A DNA stretch of 64,000 bases, from assembly GCA_002269645.1 (NCBI GenBank), contig NIVC01000462.1, positions 153,516-217,515 on the forward strand. The letters run 5' to 3'. Positions 52,201-62,004 of this stretch are shown here, one piece after another (the first letter of the stretch is position 1; every line of letters begins with the position of its first letter). Origin of the DNA: Macrostomum lignano. Its lineage: Eukaryota. The translations under genes and the position numbers were made by a program. A model generated the notes under the pieces. That model did not search any database. It was not told the origin of the DNA and saw only the letters and a list, made by a program, of their open reading frames with translations.

Positions 52201-55200
52201 TTAATGAGCAGCTTTGTCGGATCAGGTCATTTGCCCTTCGCAACTATTGATAGAAAAAAGCGACCCTAACCGCCGTGGTGAGTTTAGCGGCCATCTCATC
52301 GTAGTTCTCATTCTGCATTATGATTGACTTCTCCCGGCTCAGAGCGCCCTCAAATCCGGCCGCGACCTCTGGCCCGTAGGTACCCTGCGTGGCATGGAAA
52401 GTGTTGATGCAGTCTTCCACATTGTAGTTGCTGGCCCGTAAGCTGGCGAGCAGGTCGCATTCATCGCGCCATTGCGGGCACAGCTCCTGCGGTAGGAGTT
52501 CGATTAGGGTTTGATTAGGGTTCGAATAGGTTTCGATTAGGTTTTGATGAGGGTTCGATTAGGGTTCGAAAAGGCTTCGATTAGGTTTTGATTAGGGTTC
52601 GATTAGGGTACGATTAGGGTACGATTCGGGTTCGATTAGATCTCGATTAGGGTTCAATTAGGTTTCGATTAGGTTTCGATTAGGGTTCGATTAGGGTTCG
52701 ATTAGGATTCGATTTAGGTTCGATTAAGGTACGATTAGGGTTCGATTAGGGTCCGATTAGAGTTAGATTAGGTTTAGAATAGGGTTCGATTATGTTTTGA
52801 TTAGCCTTTGATTAGGGTTAGATTAGGTTTCGAATAGGGTTCGATAATGTTTTGATTAGGTTCGATCAGAGTACGATTAGGGTTCAATTAGGGTTCAATT
52901 AGTGTTCAATTAGGGTGCAATTAGGGTTCAATTAGGGTACGATTGGGGTTCGGTTAAGGTACGATTAGGTTTCGATTACGGTACGATTATGATTCGATTA
53001 GGGTTCGATTAGGGTACGATTATGGTTCAATTAGGGTCCGATTAGGGTACGATTAGGTTTCGGTTAGTTTTCGATTCGGGTTCGATTAGGGCTCGATTAG
53101 GTTCGATTAGGGTTCGATTAGGGTTCGATTCGGGTTCGATTAGAGTTTGATTTCAAAATTCAGTGAGGATCATAATTTTTTAGACTGACTGAAGGATGTG
53201 ATTGAGATGGAAGAATGTAAGGAGTAAGTACATGTATGGCTTATTAAAAATATTTTTTACCTGAGTCTGTCTGACCAGCTTCTTAGCGACATCAGTTTTT
53301 AGCTCCCATTTGAGCGGCAGTTTGATCCAGGCCGATTCATCCGGGTCATAGTAGCAGTGGACGTTGCGCCTGTGCTGTAAAAATGAAGTCAGGGAAGTTT
53401 AGGAATTTCTGGGATGTCTGAGATTTCTGGGATGTCAGGGATGTCAGGGATGTCAGGGATGTCAGGGAAGTCAGGGATGCCAGTGATTTCAAGAGTTTCA
53501 GAGATGTTAGAGATCTCAGGGAAGTCAAGGAAGTCAGTTATTTCAGGGATGTTAGGGATGTCATACCGTAGATGCAAATTGTTATTCGAATTTGAGATCA
53601 ATCGCCAATAAACGATGATGGTACCGGTGGAGTAGACTATCATTGGTAAGGTATTTCATCGGTTTCAGATCACATCTCAGAGGACCAAGAGTTACGGTAA
53701 GATATGTACAATTCCGAATGCCACAAATTGTACTGTACGAGTACGATGGTGCAGAGAATTCATTCTCAGTGGATTTTAAGTAAAATATTGACTCACTATT
53801 GAGATCACGCGATAAGACTATGCTCAAAACGATTCACAGTGAAAGTCGTCCAACTCCCCCTTAGCTCTCTCTCTATACTCCAAGCTGAGCAAGTTGAAGT
53901 GACTTCTTCTTATTCTCTAAAGAACAGCTGGGCAGTGGAGAGGGGAGTTTTATGCTGTTTTATGGCCTGGCTGGAGGTTCACCCTAGCGATATGTTGACA
54001 GACTCTTAATTTGGGATCGGCAGAATTTAATCAATCGATACGCGCTTCCCTTTTTAGCTTTCTCGGACATGGACAACTCACTGTGGAACTCTGGGGAAAC
54101 AGAGATCAGAGTAAAGATCAAATAATATTTTAAATATGAGCTCAATCTTTAGTTTACTTTCGCTGAAAAGTAAATTTCCTAGGACTGTAAAATTAGTTAG
54201 ACTGGTATTTGACTTTTGATAGAAATTTTTCATCGCTTGCATGCTTCAGCTAATTACGAGTACGAAGTATAACAAAATCATTCTTTCTGATATCCTAGAC
54301 CATCTGACAAATGGTTAGTTTATTCAGCTTTGACCTGAGTTTTTAGCTGATATCTCTATAAATGTGCGGCCCAAAGTTGTAGACAAAAGCCTCCCATTCC
54401 AGATGTTGTCTTAAGGACTCCCTGGCTTCCTTGACCAACTCTTCCTCTTATAGGGGGAGCGGAGCAAACTTGCACCCCTGCAGACGAATCACATGCATGC
54501 AGCAGCGCCCGCTTTTAGCGTTGAGACGCCCACAATCAGTCGGAATGAGATCGAGAACATTTCGATCGGCAGAGGCCACCGAAGACAGTCTCGAGTGCCA
54601 TAAAACAGCGAGATATCCAAGCTGACTTACATGTAGCTGCTACCCAGTAGAGCAACAGCAATAACTGAGTCATGGCTGGCGCAGCCCAGACACTGCAGGC
54701 TGCTCTTGAGCAGTTTGTGCGACCTCATATGGTTCACGCGAGCTTCCCTGTGGACCGGTTCTTTAACAAGATGGCTTTTATGACGACAATTTTGCAGGCT
54801 GTTGCCATCATTGTTGCCAACTTCGCTGCCAGTAAGTTTTCATCAAGAATGTTTAGTGAACAGACAAAGAGAGTGAACTTATCACACTCGACACTTCATA
54901 TGCTCAAAGTTTCGCATTGTTCAAAAGCCAAGTTTTGCGATGTGAACAGTTAAGCTTGTTAAAGGGCCTGTCAACTTAAGCTCATAAAGTGGAGCCCAAG
55001 TAATCAATGTACATAAATGATGGATCATTCTGCTCAGTGACACCAGGAAGCTGGGTTTGGCAAAAAAGCGACAAAAGATAGACGGGATAAGTGAGAATGC
55101 AAGAGGATAATTAGGGACTCCAACAGCTTAAGTTGATATAATATTCCCAATTATCCCGTCAATAGACTCTCGGAAACGTCAGTTGACGTCGGATTGCTGT

Positions 55201-58200
55201 ATGGGCTGCTCTTTAACCTGTACTGGACTCCGGGTTGCTGCAGGTGTTTCGAATAGAAAAATATGGCTTTACTAAGCAAGGCACCAAAATTTCCCGTTGA
55301 CAGAAGCCAAGATCAGCTGCACACCGGAGGGCGGAGGCGGCGGGTCGAGCAACTCCTCTAGCGGCTCGGGCCCAGACATCAGGCACAAGGCTTATGCAGA
55401 GAGCTACTGCTACTCGCAGGGCGTAGACCAGAGACTAACGCCCAACCACACCATACCAGCTGACCTGCAAGGCGTCCTTAACCACTACCTGCTGCAGTTC
55501 TACTTTCCGCTGCTGTTCCTGCTGCAGGCTGTGTCCCTGTACATGCCCTACTACACCTGGAGCAAAACTGTCGGTGAGCAGCTTAGAGAGCAGCTCCAAT
55601 TCGTGGTGGACTTGTCGCTTAAGCTGTTGGAAGATAAAGAGGAGCAAGCCGAAGGCCACGTGCACTCAGAGTCCTGCAAGAGCCGCCGGATGCAGCAGGG
55701 CCGGCCGTCCAAGTCGGACGTGCTCACGGACAGCGCACTCAAACAGCGGCTTAAACGGTGGTACTGCAAGGGCAAGCACACCAGAAACTATTACCTGTTC
55801 CAGATAGCCAGGGTGACTCTGTTGCTGTTCTGGATCAGTTTCTACGTCTTCTGCCCGGGCTTCCGACACCGGGACATTCGCTACGAGTTCATGTGCGTCA
55901 TACGGAATCGGGACGATTACCGGTTCATGTGCGTGCTGCTGCAGGCCAGCATCTTCGAGCTCGGCTGGACGGGGAACCTCTGCATCTTGGTCTTCTGTCT
56001 GCTGCTCGTTTCGCACCAAATCTTCTACGTGTTCCCATTTGTCTTCAGCTGCAGGTGCACCTGCTGCAAGACTAAACGCTGCCTGCCATCGTGCAGGAAA
56101 GAGTGCCGGTCGCACTACTTTCAGCGAATTCTTGGCCTCGTTGTCCAACCGAAGCGGGAGCCGGTGGGCTCGGTCTGCTGCACTATCTGCATCGGTGGCA
56201 ACGGTGGCACCACCTACGAGCAGCTGAACGGAGGTACGGACTACTACTCGCCCAGGCTGGTGGATCGGTACTACATATCGCGGCTTTGCTACGAGAATTC
56301 GCACCTGCTCGACAAGGTACTGCCGGATATGGGCAGCGCCAATGCGTCAGACGAGTTCAGCAGCATGGGCAACATCGCCTCCATCGCCATGAAGCTGGAC
56401 AATAAAGCCGACGAAGCAACTGACAGCGTCGATCAGGGTCTTCAAGAGGCCGGAGGGCAGGTTAAGAAATCTTTCAATCCGTTCTTGAGCAAACTAAAGC
56501 AAGCAAAATCTACGGCTGAGTCGAGTCTGAGTGAGGCCAAGTCGGCAGCTGAGTCAGGCCTGAGCGAAGCCAAGTCGGCAGCTGAGTCAGGCCTGGGTGA
56601 AGCCAAGTCGGCAGCTGAGTCAGGCCTGGGTGAAGCCAAGTCGGCAGCTGAGTCAGGCCTGGGTGAAGCCAAGTCGGCAGCTGAGTCAGGCCTGGGTGAA
56701 GCCAAGTCGGCAGCTGAGTCAGGCCTGAGTGAGGCCAAGTCGGCAGCTGAGTCAGGCCTGGGTGAAGCCAAGTCGGCAGCTGAGTCAGGCCTGGGTGAAG
56801 CCAAGTCGGCAGCTGAGTCAGGCCTGAGTGAGGCCAAGTCGGCAGCTGAGTCAGGCCTGAGTGAGGCCAAGTCGGCAGCTGAGTCAGGCCTGGGTGAAGC
56901 CAAGTCGGCAGCTGAGTCAGGCCTGAGTGAGGCCAAGTCGGCAGCTGAGTCAGGCCTGAGTGAGGCCAAGTCGGCAGCTGAGTCAGGCTTGAGTGAAGCT
57001 AAATCGGCAGCTGATGAAAAATAGAAAACCGGTTATATTCCTATCGGTGTGAGTTTGCTGAGCTCAAAAGAAGTGCTTGAGCACTAAAACTAGAAGCTAG
57101 AGCAAAAAACTGATGAAAACTGCATGCAGCAATATTTATTCATTGTATTTAAGTTTTAATTTTGTCATTTTTTCATCAATTCTGTTTTGAATTTGTTCCG
57201 CACTCTTTACGTACGAGTACTCGTATGTGCGCTCGTTCTTGGCACTTAACGGTGTTGGAAACATAATAATAAACAATTCCCAAAACATTGTACATTCAGT
57301 CCAACTTGGTTGATCCAGGATTTAGATTTGGGTTTGTTATTGGACATAAACTCGATCAGCTGATTGTAAGGTTCAGGAAGCAAGAATATGGCTACAAGAA
57401 GTTACGGATACTGAGCGGTAGATCAGTGGAAATGAATGTATGTTGGCGGTTTCAAAGCTTTTGTGAGGGAAGGGGGAACTCTTAAGTCCCTACCTAAGGT
57501 TGATGACTCAAACAACAGGGATTTTCTACGCCATTCTTCTTGTACAATACGTGAGTGTATTGTAAATTACTTTCGAATTTAAAGTCAATGAGACCTGTAA
57601 ATTACTGATAGGTTAAACTAATGTTGTCATTCTTTACTTCATCCTTATATAATAGTGAATGATGGAATATCTGTTGCCATGGGATTCAAAATCATCAAAA
57701 GTTATAAGAAGTTACGGGAAATTATAATTACCTATGGATACGGATTTTGGTTGCACCAATAGATCCTATATTCCCTAGATAGGCCACTTTGTATTTCGGC
57801 TATAGGGAAAGCGCGACCGCTATTTTTCGTATATATGATACTTGGTTACACCTCAAAAAACATTCCTCACCTCAAAGATGTAGGTCTGGAAGACTCCCTT
57901 CCCGGGAATCTTGATCACACCCTCGCGCTCGTCCTTCTTGCCTTCGCTGATCTCCACATTGACGGCCTGCGCGTTGGATCCGCTGGGTGCCTCCCCGCCC
58001 TGGCCAGCGCTTGCCTGCGAGTGAGTGCAGAAAGTCCAATATAAAGCCGACTACTCAATTCATTGTACACAGGCAGATGCACTGTGATGCCCGCGACTCA
58101 CCTCACTGCCTCCAAGTACGTCATCGACTTCGAGCGCGCCTTCGGAATACCACTCCAAAGGAAACTCCAGCCACTCCTGTGCGAGATGAATAAAAAAATG

Positions 58201-59446
58201 CGGCGTGTGGCTTAAAAGGCTTCGATGACTCTACGTAAGACACGTCGTACTGAGTACACGCGCTCACACAGGGTGTAAGAGTCCCTGACTTTCTAATTGT
58301 CAGAAATTTACACTCTTATGTGTCTTTAGGGCTAGCCATCATGGGTGTGAATCGCATAACAACTCTCGGGCCAGTTTTCGGGTGCACAGAAATGAGTGAA
58401 ATGAGTGTGAGAGCACAATATTGCACTACCGGGATATAGACAAATTTTTGAAAGCAAGATGCAAAGCCTGCTGGCTAAAATTCATGAAATAAAACAGACT
58501 CACTCCAGTCTTGTAGCTGTCCAAATAGTAGCGGACATCGTTAACGAACATGCAGGTGAAGTTTTTACCAGACGAGTGGTAAAACGTTTCAAATATGATG
58601 TCATTCGGGTCGCGCACCTACAAGAATACAGTGGTAGTAGTATAATAAGTATTTTGCAAGAATTAAAAAAATCATTTTTGCAAGAAATTAGACTTTAGTT
58701 TATGCTTTCATTAACTTCTTGTATAATGACTTTAAATAATCTCCAAATTGTGTGCAAAAGTAAAAAACAGTAGTATTTAATATATTTCAATAAATATTTT
58801 TAAAATGCATATATATATATATATATATATGTACTTGATTGATGGGCATTTTTGTCAGAATACTGCTGCTACTGCACTCTTTCATTGTACTTTGACAGTC
58901 AAACCTGAGTAAATTTTTTGAATTTTTTATTGCAAGATCCTGCATGTCACCACACTTCAATAATTACCTAAATATATAAAATATATTTGAACTATTTTCG
59001 AATTTAAAGTGTAATTGAATTTACTACAGAAGTACATGGTCTTGATCTTTTGTAAAGAGACCCACCCAAAATTGTAAATTTAAATTTTTTTCATTTTGAA
59101 TTTTCGGAAATTTCAGGTTTTTTTCATCTTCTTTTTAGGCTTTTTCACATCTACATTCCACAATTGAGACCAGAAAGCCTACCTCAGGAATTGCATCTGC
59201 TCGGCCGCCCCGAATAATGCGAGGTGCAGCTGACGGCTTTGAAGAGCTTGATTGTTGGCTCGCTGCTGGCTGTTGCTGCGAAGTGGAAGCAGTTTGTTTA
59301 CTTGCTGTTTCGGTTGTTTGCCTTCCTGTTGGTCTCGAGACACTTTGAGCTTGATTTGATCCTGATCCTCTAAAATCCGGCACAGATGCAACTCTGCGTG
59401 TTTGAGCCTGAGAACCTTGCACTTCAGTCGATGGTGCTGATCCCAT
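46282..59446 (-). CDS. KIFC3: Kinesin-14 family C-terminal motor protein (KIFC3-like), about 745 aa, 9 coding exons
   Basis: Exons 59446-59183, 58014-57871, 53374-53261, 52486-52271, 51918-51847, 50755-50159, 49528-49110, 47424-47142 and 46410-46282. All are GT-AG and phase-compatible. Neck [16 protein letters not shown]-loop [29 protein letters not shown]. Motor exons are certain. Linkage of the first four exons is inferred from frame and splice sites. The symbol indicates family likeness, not proven orthology. Confidence 0.85.
46640..46925 (+). mobile_element. tRNA-derived SINE family 2, copy 2 (intronic)
   Basis: Homologous to 5512-5879 (ggggctgaattggaatctcggcttggctctgctcg; gtgtgtgcctgcgtacgtatccgcgcgcttg). 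Confidence 0.8.
48085..48210. repeat. About 30-bp minisatellite (4 copies) related to 51430-51690
   Basis: catctcagcaactccccattgagc units. Confidence 0.8.
49821..50030 (+). mobile_element. tRNA-derived SINE family 2, copy 3 (internally deleted, intronic)
   Basis: ggggccgtagcccagtgg...ggctcgattcccagtgcagtcacattaatttggggg. Confidence 0.75.
51066..51690. repeat. Compound intronic minisatellite: 17-bp unit (about 21 copies) then about 30-bp unit (about 8 copies)
   Basis: tgacccattgagttaca repeated to about 51425, then catggcatctcagcaacttcccattgagc. Confidence 0.95.
52497..53150. repeat. 11-bp telomere-motif variant array (TTAGGGTTCGA)n, about 60 degenerate copies, intronic
   Basis: Directly visible. 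Each unit contains TTAGGG or a one-base variant. Confidence 0.95.
53392..53555. repeat. 9-bp degenerate repeat (GGGATGTCA)n
   Basis: Directly visible. It explains the SGMSGM / PDIPDI ORFs. Confidence 0.9.
54672..57024 (+). CDS. Pannexin/innexin-family large-pore channel with C-terminal 11-residue repeats, about 626 aa
   Basis: Exon 1 54672-54831 ([10 protein letters not shown]1, donor GTAAGT) and exon 2 55304-57024 (acceptor gacAG, phase 1). ISC..AESYCYS first loop. [22 protein letters not shown]2. EFMCVI..FMCVL..IFEL..NL second loop. Four hydrophobic segments. AATAAA at 57268. Confidence 0.8.
56503..57012 (+). repeat. 33-bp coding repeat ([10 protein letters not shown][S/G]), 14 full copies plus degenerate ends
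   Basis: Directly visible in ORF 55297-57024. Confidence 0.97.
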
Positions 59447-60507
59447 TGTGCTATTATAGTGTGAGAATATTGAAACACAAAAAAAATGCACCCCGACACC
59501 CGTACCGGACGAGTCTGCAATAGAAGGCGTTGCAGGCGTTATGCTGTTTAAAAATGATATTTCTCGTGGAATGTTAAATAGCACCACCAAACAATACAAA
59601 AGATCAACAATACAAAAAATTCTTATTATATAAAAGATTAAAATTTACCTTATATTTAAAAATAGCGCAGAGGGTATCTTAATGACAATGTGTTAAATGA
59701 GTAAAAATTTCTTGTTTAACATAACGTTTCCATGAAAAGTAGCGAACTATTTATTTTAAATTCGGTTAATTACGGCTGAAAATGCGCTGCGATCAGCACT
59801 TGATATTTGCCACTTACGGTGCTTACCTACCTAACTATGTCATAAACTCACACTCATACTTTACAGTGTATGTCTAGTTAGTAGGGACACGATGGTTAGC
59901 TCTAGCCAGCGTATTAGAAATTAAATAAATCAAGTCACATGCACGCACTTTGATAGGCCTACCATTTTTCGAAGCTTTTTGTATATCTGTTATTCAATCA
60001 GACTCTCGCTGCCCTTTAGGCTTTACTGAAATTGTTTATAGACCAAAATACTATAGTAGCATAGACCAACTGAGCTGTGCTGTGCCTGTGTTTCAGATTT
60101 AACAATCAAGTGATTATTGCAAGTTTCAACTGTTTACGCCTATCAATATGACTGTATATAGTGTATAAGTTAAACAACAAAACAGTTTTTTAATGGTTAA
60201 CTATCTAGGCCTATGATGTTTATTTAAGGTAACCATATAAATAGCAAAACTGAAGGAAGCAAAATGGCTATTTTTATGGTCATGTGGAAGCAATTTTGGT
60301 TAAATTACAATGTAATAATTAGGCCTAACAATATCAATAACAATTACCTAAAGTAGGCTACCATGACAAGAACCACGAGACGAGGAGTTCCCATCATATC
60401 AATATATTTATTAATAACAAATTTCTTTACTTTAAATTTAAACAATTTAGTATTTGCATTGCAAGTATAGTAGGTTCATTACTTCATCATTTAGATAATA
60501 TTTGTTT

Positions 60508-61006
60508 GGCAGTGCTTATCCCTACCTCACAGTACTGTAGGAATAATTTCTGTCTTATTCCAATGGTACTGTGGGAATAATTTTCTGCTTATCCACACGG
60601 TACACTGATAAGATAGCTGCCCCATCTTCTACATATGCCATGGGAATAATTTAGTTTAGTACTTACGGTTTAAATGTAGTTTAACAACATAACTTTGCTT
60701 GACAATTTGTTTAATAGAAGTAAAGATTTAATGGCCTTTTTATGCAATCAAACGCTAGTCATGGTATTGATCCAGATTAACATCTTCTTAGTATCTTCAA
60801 TTCAAATTCCCTTTCAAAAAGCTATAAACTATTCACATATAGCATATATATGTAAAAGATATGGCAGCTATCTTGTCAGTGTGCCATGCGGATAAGCAGA
60901 AAATTTTTCCCATGGCATATTTAGAAGATGGGGCAGCTATCTCGTCAGTGTGCCATGCAGATAAGCAGAAAATTATTCCTATGTTACCGTGGGAATAAGC
61001 ACTGCC
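60508..61006. mobile_element. Foldback MITE, about 500 bp
   Basis: Ends ggcagtgcttatccc / gggaataagcactgcc, with an internal inverted repeat of about 80 bp (gataagatagctgcccatcttctacatatgccatggg vs cccatggcatatttagaagatggggcagctatctc). Confidence 0.75.
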
Positions 61007-61603
61007 TATTTTTTTTAGGTGTATCTAGGCCTAACTATAAAAATAATTATCTAACTATTAATACAGTCAACATAAAAATTAAAACTGCCAGCAAAAAGTC
61101 AAATGCAAAATTTAAATAAAATAGGCCTAGTTTCTATAGTTATATACTTAGCTAGATATAAGTTTCTTTAATAAATTAAGCATGAAACAGGCCGCAGGCA
61201 GGACCTAGGCTTACATAAATAGAAACTAAACTAAATTATAAAGTTCCTTAAATTTAAAGGCCCTAGAAAATAGCCCTTAGGGCTGCCTTTTAGCATTAAA
61301 AACTATGTTTGTAATATTTAATTCTATTCATATTTACTTTATTAAGGGCCTATCAAGTGTATTAAAATTTATAGGACCTAGTAATTATATAAAGTATATC
61401 TGTATCATAAACCTACAATTAATGCATATTATATTTATTAGTTGATGTTTAATTGTATAGCTCCCTATCTTTTTTATTTTAAAATTGCAAGTAGGTCTTG
61501 TTTGATGCTTTGCACTCTTTCATAATGCCTATGAAGTCTATATTTTGAGGTTCTTTTTTTACTAAATAGTGATATCCTTGACAAAATTTCTTAAGTTAAA
61601 TGG

Positions 61604-62004
61604 TAGAGGTTGGATAGAATTGAAATCTTTGGGTGGGATTGGGATCAAGAATAATTTTTTTCTTGGGATTAGGATTAGGATCGGAAATCAGGATCAGGTC
61701 TTTTAGTATATTGTAGTTTGTAGGACTATATAAAGTTAAATAAAATTAAGCAAAAAATTTCAAGATCAAAAGTAAAACACAACAAAAATTGATGCAAAAT
61801 TTTGCAACAAACAAAGCAATAATATAATGAATACAAGTTAAAACAAAATACATTTAAGTAATCACTAATTCTATAAACTTTTCATCAAAATACCTATTCC
61901 CAATTCTTGTGTTTTTAGGGTTGGGATCCTGGTCCCACAGGAATACGATTCTCCTTAGGATCCCATGATTTTGGGATTAGGATTGGGATCTTGTCCAACC
62001 TCTA
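61604..62004. mobile_element. hAT-type MITE, 401 bp, with 11-bp TIR and 8-bp TSD
   Basis: TAGAGGTTGGA...TCCAACCTCTA flanked by ttaaatgg at 61596-61603 and 62005-62012. Confidence 0.85.

Noticed and set aside
52497-53150. True telomere or chromosome end
   Set aside because: Units are 11 bp rather than pure TTAGGG, and the array lies between in-frame kinesin exons.
56442-56969. Minus-strand ([10 protein letters not shown])n ORF
   Set aside because: Antisense shadow of the 33-bp coding repeat.
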